Shown here: one piece after another, positions 41,609 to 50,147 of the stretch | Numbering within the stretch: the first letter of the stretch is position 1 | Layout: every line of letters starts with the position of its first letter | NCBI GenBank assembly: GCA_963727525.1 | Contig: CAVSGO010000007.1 | Span: 320,001 to 384,000 of the forward strand | Length of the DNA stretch: 64,000 bases | DNA from: an uncultured bacterium | GTDB lineage: Bacteria > Krumholzibacteriota > Krumholzibacteriia > LZORAL124-64-63 | Reading direction: 5' to 3' | Translations under genes and position numbers: made by a program | The notes under the pieces: generated by a model | The model's database searches: none | Seen by the model: the letters and a program-made list of their open reading frames with translations, nothing else | Told to the model about the DNA's origin: nothing

Positions 41609-42919
41609 ATGAACGCAACGAGGAGCATCCACGGACGGCGCCTCGCCCCGACCCTCGCGGTGATTGGCCTGGCGACCACCCTGCTGGCGCTGCCGTGCCT
41701 GGCGGCGGATACCGGCGGCACTCCCGGCGGCTACCTGCGCTATGGCGCGAGCGCACGCAGTCTCGCGCTCGGCAACGCCGTGGGTGGTCTGGCCGACGAT
41801 GCCGCCACCAGCTACTGGAATCCGGCGGGTCTGGCCTGGCTGCGCACGATGGAGCTGTCGGCCATGGGCGCGACGCTGATCTCGGACACGAAGTACGGCT
41901 TCGTGACCCTGGGCCTGCCCACCGAGCACTGGGGCACATTCGCCCTCAGCGGCACCTATACCAGGAGCGCCGATTTCGAGCGCACGACTCTCTTCGAGGA
42001 TCTCGACGAGACCTTCAGCGAGGGCGAAGGCATCTTCTCTCTGGCCTACGCCCGCGGTGGGCGGCGCTGGTCGTTCGGCGCGGCGGTGAAGACCGTCAGC
42101 CAGAGCATTGCCGGGTCCCAGGCCAACGGCACCGGCCTCGACCTCGGCGTGTCCCTGCGACCGCACCGCTCGTTGAGCCTGGGCATGAGCGTGCAGAACG
42201 CCATCGCGCCGAAGATCACGCTCGTCGAGGACGAGGAGGAGCTGCCCTGGAGCGTGCGCGGCGGCTTCGCCCTTCATTTTTTCCGCAACAAGTTGCAGGT
42301 GTCGGCCGACGGTGTGAAGACGCGCTGGATGGACACCAGCTACCGGGCCGGCCTCGAGGTATGGCCCACGCGGCCAGTGGCCATGCGTGCCGGCTACGAC
42401 GGCGAAAAGGACCAGTGGTCCGTGGGCGCCGGCATGCGCTGGGAGAACCTGCAGTTCGATTACGCCTACGTGAACACCGACCTGGGCGGCCAGAATGTCG
42501 TGAGCGCGACGCTGCGCTTCGGCGTGCCGTACGGCGTGAAGGTGGACCGCAACAAGGCCCTCTTCAGTCCGTCCGGCGCCGATCGCGAAGTGACCTTCGG
42601 CATCCGCACCGCCGTGCGCGGCGTGGTGGAGTCGTGGCGCGTGGAGATTCGTGACGACCACGGCAAGTCGGTGAAGGTGCTCCAGGGCGCGGGCGATCCG
42701 CCGTCCGAGGTAGCCTGGAACGGCGAGGACGGCGACGGCCGCCTGGTGGGCGACGGCGTCTACACGGCGCACGTCACGATCATCGACGATCTGGGTCAGG
42801 ACTGGGACTACGAGAGTGACGTCGAGGTGCTGGGCTTCCAGGAACGGACCCGGGCGCCCATCCGAGTGGAGATCGGCAGCGGTGCGGCAGGCGCCGCGGC
42901 AGGGAGTGACCAGCGATGA
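41609..42919 (+). CDS. PorV/PorQ-family (FadL-like) outer-membrane beta-barrel with C-terminal FlgD-Ig-like domain
   Basis: RBS GGAGG; signal peptide; YLRYGASARSLALGNA...DDAATSYWNPAGLA; barrel strands (GLDLGV, RAGLE, FDYAY); C-terminal FSPSG...WRVEIRD...WNGEDGDGRLVGDGVY. Confidence 0.8.
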   Translation: MNATRSIHGRRLAPTLAVIGLATTLLALPCLAADTGGTPGGYLRYGASARSLALGNAVGGLADDAATSYWNPAGLAWLRTMELSAMGATLISDTKYGFVTLGLPTEHWGTFALSGTYTRSADFERTTLFEDLDETFSEGEGIFSLAYARGGRRWSFGAAVKTVSQSIAGSQANGTGLDLGVSLRPHRSLSLGMSVQNAIAPKITLVEDEEELPWSVRGGFALHFFRNKLQVSADGVKTRWMDTSYRAGLEVWPTRPVAMRAGYDGEKDQWSVGAGMRWENLQFDYAYVNTDLGGQNVVSATLRFGVPYGVKVDRNKALFSPSGADREVTFGIRTAVRGVVESWRVEIRDDHGKSVKVLQGAGDPPSEVAWNGEDGDGRLVGDGVYTAHVTIIDDLGQDWDYESDVEVLGFQERTRAPIRVEIGSGAAGAAAGSDQR

Positions 42920-45900
42920 AGCGCAACACCATGATGGGTCTGATCGCGGCGGTGTGTCTGGCGACGGCAGGAGCCGCCACCGTCCGCGCAGGCCAGGAAC
43001 TGGCCGTGCCCACCGAGGCCGCCCTCTGGGAGGCCGCAGGCCAGGCGTACGCGGTCGGCGTCGACAAGTCGGCGGCGATGCAGCAGTACCGCCTCTTCGT
43101 CCAGACCTACGGCAAGAGTGACAAGGCGGCCCGGGCGCAGTACATGGTGGGCGAGTGCTACTTCGCCGCCAAGGACTGGGCCGGCGCCGTGCGCGAGTAC
43201 GGGCGCGTGAAGGACTACCGCGGCCGCGATGACTACCTCGAGGCCTCGGTGCTCCTGCGGCAGGGCGAGTGCCAGTTCAATCTCGGGCAGTTCGCCGACG
43301 CCATCGCGCTGTACAACCGCCTCCTCGACAAGTACGACGACACTTTCCTGCTAGCCGAGGGGCTCTACGAGATCGGCCAGGCATACATCGTCGACGGCAA
43401 CTGGCTCAAGCTGCGCGCGGCCTACCGCGAGCTGCTGGAGCGGCGGCCCGGCTACGCTGATCTGCCGCAAGTGAAGTTCGCCCTCGGCCTGTTCGCCTAC
43501 CAGGAGCAGGACTATGAGACCGCGCGCACCTACTTCGAGCAGGTGCCGAGCGACCGCGGCCTCTACTATCTGGGCCGCACGCTCGAGGACACGGGCCAGT
43601 ACATCCTGGCCATCCAGCGCTACAAGCAGGTCTTGCGGCGCCATGCCGACAGCCCGCTCGCCGACGACGTGGCCTTCAGTATCGCCGAGGCCTTCTATCG
43701 CTCCGGCCAGAACGACGTGGCCGTGCGCAGCTACCACGACTTCATCGAGAAGTATCCGGACAGCCCGTTCGTGCCCAATGCGCGCTACAAGATGGCGTGC
43801 GTCACTTTTCGCGAGAATCGGTACGACGAGTCGATCCGACAGCTCGAGGAGATCGTCAAGTCGTTCCCAGACAAGCAGGTGAGCGCCTACGCGCAGTACC
43901 TGATCGGCGATTGCTACATGCAGCTCCAGCGCACGAGCGAAGCGATCTTCGCCTACACCGATGTCGTGCGCCGATTCCCGGAGAGCACCGTGGCCAGCGC
44001 CGCGCTGCACAAGGTCATCTACGCCTACGCCAAGGAAGACAACTACGCGCAGGCCATCGTCCTGGCCGACGAGTTCCTGCAGCGTTATCCCGGCGATCCC
44101 CTGGCTCCGCGCGTGCGGGTGCTCAAGGGCTTCGGGCACTTCCAGCAGGAGGAGTACCCCCAGGCGATCATGGCCTTCCAGAACGTCGTGGACAAGCACG
44201 TGAACACCGACGTGGCCGAGCGCGCCCTCTTCCTTTCGACGCTGGCGTACTTCCGCATCGGACAGCTCGATCGCGTGATCACGAACTACAACTACATCGC
44301 CAGCAAGCTGCTACCGACGCCGAGCTACTGGCGCGGCCGCACCTACTATTACCTCGGAGAGGCCTATTTCGCCCAGGGGCTGTACCGCGAGGCCACGAGC
44401 ATGTACCGACTCGTGCTCACGGGCTACCCGCGCAGCAATGTTGCGGCGCCGGCGCTCCAGGGTCTGGTGGCATCGCTGAGCCGCACCGGCCAGTACGACC
44501 TCGCTCTGGAAGAGCAGGAGAAGTTCCTGCTGGCGCTCGCCAACTCCGACAGCGAGGACGGCACGAACAGCCTGGCCGTGGGTTCGATCTACTTCAACCA
44601 GCACAAGTACGAGGAGGCTCTCCACGAGTTCGAGGACTTCCTGAGCAAGAATCCCGACGGTCCGGCGGCCGCGTCGGCGCTCGCCAACCAGGGGGATTGC
44701 TATTACCGCCTGCAGTACTACGAGCAGGCCCTCGAGTCCTGGCAGACCCTGCTCACGCGCTTCCCCGACGCGCCGGAGGCCGGCGAGGCGCTCTACCGCA
44801 TCGCGGATACGCAATTCGGCCTCGGCAGGTTCGACGCCGCGGCGCGCAGCTACAGCCGCGTGCAGGCGCAGTTCGCCCAGGGCGCCCACGCCGCCGACGC
44901 CTCCTTCGGTCTGGCCAACTGCGCCTACAACCAGGGCAAGAACGATGATGCGATCGCGGCCTTCTCGCGTTTCGTCGACACCTATCCCAAGGATCCTCGT
45001 GTGGAGGACGCCGAGCTGGGCATCCAGAGCTGCTACTACCGCAGCGGCAAGGACATGGAAGCCTATCTCCAGGGTCATCCCGACAGTCCGCTGGCGGCCG
45101 ACGTCTACTGGAGCAAGGGTCAGGACGCATTCGCGGCCGGCGACTTCGCCACTGCGGCGCGCAACTTCGAGCGTGTGACCCTGGACTACCCGGATAGCGA
45201 GTCGGGACCTGGCGCTCTCTTCTATCTCGCCGAGAGCTACTACCGCGCGGAGTCGTTCGAGCAGGCGCTGGCCGGGTTCAACAACTTCACGACCACGCAC
45301 CCCACCCACGAGCTGAGCGAGCTGGCGCACCTGCGGTCGGCCACGATCCTCTTCAAGCTCGAGCGGTTCTCGGAGGCGGCCGCTGCCTACGAAACGCTGA
45401 CCGACCTCTTCCCGAGCGGCGAGTACACGGCGCTGGCCGCCTACAACGCCGCGATCTGCTACCAGCAGCTCGAGGACTGGCATGCCGCGATCGGCAGCCT
45501 CGTACGCTTCGCCGCCGACTTCCCCGACAGCGAGAACGCGAAGGGCGTGTGGCTGCAGATCGCCGGCATCTATCAGGAAGAGCTGGGGGACTACCCGCGC
45601 GCCGTGGAGGCGTACGACAAGGCCGCCGAGCGCGGCGAGACCTCGCCGGTCGAGGCGCGTTATCGCCAGGGCGAGTCGCTCGAGAAGTCGGGCGACGTCG
45701 ATGGGGCTCTGGAGCATTTCCAGCAAGCGGCTGCGGCCACCGGCGGCGCCGACCAGTTCCGTATCGCCAGCCTCGCGCAGATCGGGCAGATCAGCGAGGA
45801 CCGCGGCGACTGGGCCACCGCGATCGCCGCGTACGAGAAGATCGTCGCGGCGGGCGGCAAGGAGGAGTGGACGGCGATGGCGCAGGGGCGCATCGCCGCC

Positions 45901-45933
45901 ATCAAGGAGATGCAGGTGTCGAGCGGTAGCTAG
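42916..45933 (+). CDS. Large periplasmic tetratricopeptide-repeat protein (BamD/CpoB-like repeats)
   Basis: Signal peptide; many 'A.Y..G..YF....Y..A...Y...L..YPDS' units over 1005 aa; ATGA overlap with the PorV-like gene. Confidence 0.88.
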   Translation: MKRNTMMGLIAAVCLATAGAATVRAGQELAVPTEAALWEAAGQAYAVGVDKSAAMQQYRLFVQTYGKSDKAARAQYMVGECYFAAKDWAGAVREYGRVKDYRGRDDYLEASVLLRQGECQFNLGQFADAIALYNRLLDKYDDTFLLAEGLYEIGQAYIVDGNWLKLRAAYRELLERRPGYADLPQVKFALGLFAYQEQDYETARTYFEQVPSDRGLYYLGRTLEDTGQYILAIQRYKQVLRRHADSPLADDVAFSIAEAFYRSGQNDVAVRSYHDFIEKYPDSPFVPNARYKMACVTFRENRYDESIRQLEEIVKSFPDKQVSAYAQYLIGDCYMQLQRTSEAIFAYTDVVRRFPESTVASAALHKVIYAYAKEDNYAQAIVLADEFLQRYPGDPLAPRVRVLKGFGHFQQEEYPQAIMAFQNVVDKHVNTDVAERALFLSTLAYFRIGQLDRVITNYNYIASKLLPTPSYWRGRTYYYLGEAYFAQGLYREATSMYRLVLTGYPRSNVAAPALQGLVASLSRTGQYDLALEEQEKFLLALANSDSEDGTNSLAVGSIYFNQHKYEEALHEFEDFLSKNPDGPAAASALANQGDCYYRLQYYEQALESWQTLLTRFPDAPEAGEALYRIADTQFGLGRFDAAARSYSRVQAQFAQGAHAADASFGLANCAYNQGKNDDAIAAFSRFVDTYPKDPRVEDAELGIQSCYYRSGKDMEAYLQGHPDSPLAADVYWSKGQDAFAAGDFATAARNFERVTLDYPDSESGPGALFYLAESYYRAESFEQALAGFNNFTTTHPTHELSELAHLRSATILFKLERFSEAAAAYETLTDLFPSGEYTALAAYNAAICYQQLEDWHAAIGSLVRFAADFPDSENAKGVWLQIAGIYQEELGDYPRAVEAYDKAAERGETSPVEARYRQGESLEKSGDVDGALEHFQQAAAATGGADQFRIASLAQIGQISEDRGDWATAIAAYEKIVAAGGKEEWTAMAQGRIAAIKEMQVSSGS

Positions 45934-45958
45934 GTCGCCGGCATCCGTTGGCGGTGCA

Positions 45959-45996
45959 CGATCCCCGGGGACCCGGTTCCCGGGGATCGCGTTTTT
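45959..45996 (+). terminator. Intrinsic terminator after the TPR gene
   Basis: GATCCCCGGG...CCCGGGGATC stem followed by GCGTTTTT. Confidence 0.7.
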
Positions 45997-46056
45997 GGGC
46001 CACCACGACCGGGCGCCACGAGGAAAGGTCAGGAAGTTTCGACCCCTGCGTGGACG

Positions 46057-46072
46057 TGGCACGCTGGTTGCC
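46057..46072 (+). promoter_or_regulatory. sigma54 (-24/-12) promoter upstream of exbB
   Basis: TGGCACG-CTGG-TTGC matches the consensus TGGCACG-N4-TTGC; intergenic, downstream of a terminator and about 170 nt before exbB. Confidence 0.7.
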
Positions 46073-46243
46073 GAGGGACGGGGTAGCAGAAGGAATATCG
46101 GCCGCAATCGGGTCATAACGGCGGTGCGCCGCCACGGGATCTGGCAAAGAGCAAGGCCCGGCCCCGGACCCGGATCGCGGGATTGCAGAACGCAACCGTC
46201 GGCGCGAGGACGCCGACGCCCCAACAGGAAAGGTCAGGCTGCC

Positions 46244-46954
46244 ATGTTCGGCGACATGTCCATCATCCAGGTCTTCCAGTCCTCCATGACCATGGTGGTG
46301 CTGCTGCTCTGCTCGATCGTGACGTTCGCGTACGTCGTGGAGCGCAGTCTCTACTTCCAGACGTCGTCGTGCAACGTGCGACGGTTCATGCAGGAGCTGT
46401 CCGGCCACATGAAGGCCGGCAACCCGCGCGCGGCTCTCGAGTACTGCCAGAAGACCAACAAGCCCATCGGGCGGGTCATGGCCCAGGCCCTGGCGACCAT
46501 GACGCGCAGCCGCGAGGAGCAGACCCAGCGGCTGGAGACGGCCATCGAGCTGGAGCAGGTGGAAATGGAGCGGCACCTGGGCGTGCTCGGCACCATGGCC
46601 AACATCGCCCCGCTGCTCGGCCTCTTCGGTACGGTGGTCGGCATCATCCGCGCCTTCGCCGACATCGCGCGCACCGGTTCCGGTGGCGGCGCCGTGGTGG
46701 CGATGGGCGTGTCCGAGGCTCTGCTTACGACCGCTGCGGGCATCATCATCGCCGTGCTGGCCACGGTGACGTTCAACTTCTTCGTGCGTCGCGTGCGCAC
46801 GCGCGTGGCGCAGCTCGAGGATGCCCGGGAGACCTGGTTCACCCTGTGGCACCAGTACCAACGCCAGACACGTAGCGGGGCGGCGCCGACGCGCGCCACC
46901 GCCGCCCAGACCAAGACGACGTCCCGTCCCGAGCCCGCTGGCATCCTGAGCTAA
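46244..46954 (+). CDS. exbB: MotA/TolQ/ExbB proton channel family protein
   Basis: LGTMANIAPLLGLFGTVVGIIRAF, GVSEALLTTAAGIIIA; RBS AGGAAAGG. Confidence 0.9.
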   Translation: MFGDMSIIQVFQSSMTMVVLLLCSIVTFAYVVERSLYFQTSSCNVRRFMQELSGHMKAGNPRAALEYCQKTNKPIGRVMAQALATMTRSREEQTQRLETAIELEQVEMERHLGVLGTMANIAPLLGLFGTVVGIIRAFADIARTGSGGGAVVAMGVSEALLTTAAGIIIAVLATVTFNFFVRRVRTRVAQLEDARETWFTLWHQYQRQTRSGAAPTRATAAQTKTTSRPEPAGILS

Positions 46955-46968
46955 GACGAGGAGCCGAT

Positions 46969-47394
46969 ATGGCCCGCAAGAACAGCAGCCTGAACGACTC
47001 GCTCACAGACGCCAACATCACACCGCTGGCGGACGTGACGACAACCCTGATCGTGGTCTTCCTGATCACGATGCCCGCTCTCATGTGGAACGGCTTCGAC
47101 GTCAACCAGGCCGAGGCCGGGGGCAAGGACCCCGTGGTCCAGCCGACCGAAGAAGTCGATGAGGATCTGCTGACGATCGCCGTCACGCCGGCGGGGTACT
47201 TGCTCAACGGCAAGGCCACGGACGAGGCCGATCTCGGCGCGGAACTGCGCTCGCGCCTCCAGACGCGCGACGATCGCACCGTGGTGATCGTGCCGGACGA
47301 CGTCGTGCCCCTGGGCCGCGTCGTCACCGCCCTGGATATCGCCAAGGCCAGCGGGGCCTCGAGTCTGGCCCTGCTCAACCGGATCGGGGGCTAG
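46969..47394 (+). CDS. exbD: ExbD/TolR family protein (canonical Asp retained)
   Basis: NITPLADVTTTLIVVFLIT; C-terminal PDDVVPLGRVVTALDIAKASG. Confidence 0.88.
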   Translation: MARKNSSLNDSLTDANITPLADVTTTLIVVFLITMPALMWNGFDVNQAEAGGKDPVVQPTEEVDEDLLTIAVTPAGYLLNGKATDEADLGAELRSRLQTRDDRTVVIVPDDVVPLGRVVTALDIAKASGASSLALLNRIGG

Positions 47395-47396
47395 AC

Positions 47397-47813
47397 GTGG
47401 CACGCCGCAATGGTCTGAAAATCGAGACCCGGGTGACGGTGGTGCCCGTCATCAACGTCTCCCTGGTCGTGGTCCTCACGCTCATGGTGATCGCGCCGTT
47501 CCTCAGCGGTGAGGATCAGGAGATCGATCTGCCCCAGGCTATGGCTAGCCAGGCCGATGACACCGACAACATCGAGATCATGTTCACGCACGATCGGCGC
47601 GTGTTGATCGACGAGGCGGAGATCGCGATCGGCGACCTGCCCGACCTGCTGGCGAACACGTTCGCCATGATGCCGCACAGCGTGGCGGTGGTGAAGGCGG
47701 ACCAGAGCCTGCCCTATGGCGAGGTGGAGACGCTGATTGCCGCGATCGAGGAGGCCGGGGCGCCGCGCATCGCCCTCGCCACGAAACCCAAGCAGGAGGA
47801 GGCCGGTCGATGA
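47397..47813 (+). CDS. exbD: Second ExbD/TolR family protein with Asn in place of the conserved TM Asp
   Basis: TVVPVINVSLVVVLTLMVIAP, IDLPQA, KADQSLPYGEV...AGAPRIALAT. Confidence 0.85.
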   Translation: MARRNGLKIETRVTVVPVINVSLVVVLTLMVIAPFLSGEDQEIDLPQAMASQADDTDNIEIMFTHDRRVLIDEAEIAIGDLPDLLANTFAMMPHSVAVVKADQSLPYGEVETLIAAIEEAGAPRIALATKPKQEEAGR

Positions 47814-49123
47814 TGCAGTACGCCATCGACCGCCGGCGCCAGACCCGCGGCGGCTTCGCGGCGAGCTTGGGAGCGCACGTCCTGGCGATCCTGCTGCTCG
47901 GACTGATGATCGGGCACCAGGCCGTCCAGCGCCTGGAGGACGAACTCACCGAGATCTCCTATATCGAGGCGCGCTACGGCGAGGACGTGGCGGCCAAGGT
48001 GAAGCTGAAGGACCCCATGCTGAACAAGCCGGCGCCGCCGGGACCGGTCGGGCCTGGCATCACCACCGATTCGGCCGTGAAGCCCAAGGAAGCGCCACCG
48101 GGACCGCCGGCACCAGTGCTCGCGCCCGAGCTGCCGCCGGCGACGCCCCGGCCGCAACCGCAACTCGCACAGGCCGCGGCGCCGCAGATCGCGCCGGTCA
48201 CGAAGCCGGTGCGCACGCTCGAACAGGCGCCGGTGCTCGATGCGCGTGACGCGCCCGCACCCGCGCGGCGTGTGATCGATACCGACAAGCTGAAAGACAG
48301 CCTGGCCGGCAAGCTCGTCGAGGCTCAGCCGAGGACGCTGCGCCCGACTCCGGTCGCCGACCGCGAGGCTTTCAAGCCCGTCAACGGCAATCTCCGCGAC
48401 CGCGGCGGCCGCGGACCCTCGGGAGCCGACCCGGTTGTCTCGGCGGCACCCCGGCAGGATCCCGGCACCGTGGTCGAGGCTCCGGCATCCCTCGGCGGGG
48501 CCAGCCTCAGCAGCCGAGCCTCGGCCGGCAGCTATGTGGCCCCGGCATCGTCCCTCGCCCCGGCCGGGGTGACGCAGGGCTCGATGGCCGGCGGCGCCGT
48601 GCTCGACATCGCCGGGCCGGCATCAGGCGGCGGCGGCGGCGCTCGCAAGGGCCGCAAGACGATCCTCAATTACGGGTCCGGCGGTGGCGGCGGCGGCGGG
48701 CTCGTGGGCCGCAGCGGTCGTCTCGCCGAACCCCCGGCCAGCCGGGCCATCGTCAACGACCCCGCGCCGGCGACCAGCGACGACAAGGCCCAGGTGGCCG
48801 AGGCCAAGGTGTCCGCGGAGAAGGGCGTCGGCATGACCATCACTGGCCAGATCGCCGGCCGCAAGATCCTGCACCGGGTAGCCCCGGGGTACTCGGATGC
48901 GGCGCGTCGCAATGGCTGGGAAGGCGTGGTGGCCGTGCGTTTCACCGTGCTGCCCGACGGCCGCGTGAAGGACAACATGTTCTTCGAGCAGACCTCTGTG
49001 CACCGCGATCTCAACCAGGCCGCCATGGCGGCCATCAAGCAGTTCCGGTTCGCATCACTGCCCTCGGACCAGTCGGCCGTCGAGCAGTGGGGCGTGATCA
49101 CCATCGTCTTCCGATTGAACTAG
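47810..49123 (+). CDS. tonB: Energy transducer TonB family protein
   Basis: N-terminal TM with SxxxH (ASLGAHVL); long Pro/Ala/Gly-rich linker; TonB_C PGYSDAARRNGWEGVVAVRFTVLPDGRV...AAMAAIKQFRF. Confidence 0.88.
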   Translation: MMQYAIDRRRQTRGGFAASLGAHVLAILLLGLMIGHQAVQRLEDELTEISYIEARYGEDVAAKVKLKDPMLNKPAPPGPVGPGITTDSAVKPKEAPPGPPAPVLAPELPPATPRPQPQLAQAAAPQIAPVTKPVRTLEQAPVLDARDAPAPARRVIDTDKLKDSLAGKLVEAQPRTLRPTPVADREAFKPVNGNLRDRGGRGPSGADPVVSAAPRQDPGTVVEAPASLGGASLSSRASAGSYVAPASSLAPAGVTQGSMAGGAVLDIAGPASGGGGGARKGRKTILNYGSGGGGGGGLVGRSGRLAEPPASRAIVNDPAPATSDDKAQVAEAKVSAEKGVGMTITGQIAGRKILHRVAPGYSDAARRNGWEGVVAVRFTVLPDGRVKDNMFFEQTSVHRDLNQAAMAAIKQFRFASLPSDQSAVEQWGVITIVFRLN

Positions 49124-49143
49124 AGCTTCAGGAGCAGACGACC

Positions 49144-50091
49144 ATGAGCAAGCGCATCACGATTTCCGGTCTCGCGACCGCATTGATCCTGCTGGCGGGC
49201 GGGGCCGTGGCCCAGACGGCGACCAACGACTCCACGGGTGCACAGTGGACGCAGGCCGGCGAATCGGGCGCGGCCCTGCCGGAGATGGTGGTCGAGGCGC
49301 AGAACAAGGTGCGGCAGCAGATCGAGAAGACGAACTTCGCCATGGAGCTGAGCGCGGCCGTGGTCGATACATTCTACACGCCCATGGACGATCAGGCTCT
49401 CGGCGTGAGTCCGGTGAGCGGGTTGCAGCCGTACCTCAACAACCTCGAGCCGCTGTCCAGCGACCAGCCGCCGCACTGCTGGCTGCCGGAGATGACGAGA
49501 ACCCCGGTGGCGACCTTCTATCCCGGTGAACCCGAGGGCCACAAGATCAAGCAGTGGAACCTCACGGTCACCGATTTTCGCGGTAGCCCCTGCCGCACGT
49601 ACCAGGGCGGCGGCAACCCGCCGAAAGCCGTGTCCTGGGATGGGCACACCAACGCGGGCGAGATCCTGCGTGTCGGCTACCCGTACAGCTACGTCTTCCA
49701 GCTCACCGACAAGGGCACCAACACGTACAACTACGCCGGCGCCAGTTTCCGCATCCCGGCGCTCGACTACCGTAGGGACGGCGACCGCATGCTCGAGATC
49801 GCGGGCGGGGAGATCTTCGCGCGAGAACAAAGCGAGCTGACGGATTCTGGCAAGGCGTGGCTCACCCGGGCCGCCGACGAGATCCGGCGCCATCCCTACT
49901 CGCCGGTGCGCGTCACGGTGACCGCCGAGACCAAGGACCTCGCCGCCCGGCGCGCGGATGCCGCCGCGGGCTTCCTCGCCACGACGATGATCCTGCCCCG
50001 GGAGCAGGTGGAGACGGAGGCGGTGCAGAAGGCGGATCTGCGGGCGGAGATGGACGGCACGGTCGCCATCGCCATCCAGCACGCGGATTGA
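49144..50091 (+). CDS. Secreted/periplasmic protein with TonB-box-like motif, FlgD-Ig-like domain and degenerate OmpA-like C-terminal domain
   Basis: RBS CAGGAG; signal peptide; LPEMVVEA; WNLTVTDFRG...GNPPKAVSWDG; IFAREQSELT...LAARRADAAAGFL. Confidence 0.65.
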   Translation: MSKRITISGLATALILLAGGAVAQTATNDSTGAQWTQAGESGAALPEMVVEAQNKVRQQIEKTNFAMELSAAVVDTFYTPMDDQALGVSPVSGLQPYLNNLEPLSSDQPPHCWLPEMTRTPVATFYPGEPEGHKIKQWNLTVTDFRGSPCRTYQGGGNPPKAVSWDGHTNAGEILRVGYPYSYVFQLTDKGTNTYNYAGASFRIPALDYRRDGDRMLEIAGGEIFAREQSELTDSGKAWLTRAADEIRRHPYSPVRVTVTAETKDLAARRADAAAGFLATTMILPREQVETEAVQKADLRAEMDGTVAIAIQHAD

Positions 50092-50111
50092 CGTCCCGCG
50101 ATGGGAGTCAC

Positions 50112-50140
50112 CAGGGCCGGGACCACGGGTCCCGGCCCTG
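50112..50140. terminator. Hairpin between convergent genes (bidirectional terminator-like)
   Basis: CAGGGCCGGGACC-ACG-GGTCCCGGCCCTG perfect 13-bp stem. Confidence 0.6.
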
Positions 50141-50147
50141 ATCTCGT

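Noticed and set aside
45482-46243. N-terminal extension of the exbB ORF in the track (similar extensions for typA, baiN, add and the giant protein)
   Set aside because: Overlaps neighbouring genes or terminators; downstream starts fit the family N-termini and mostly have RBS-like motifs
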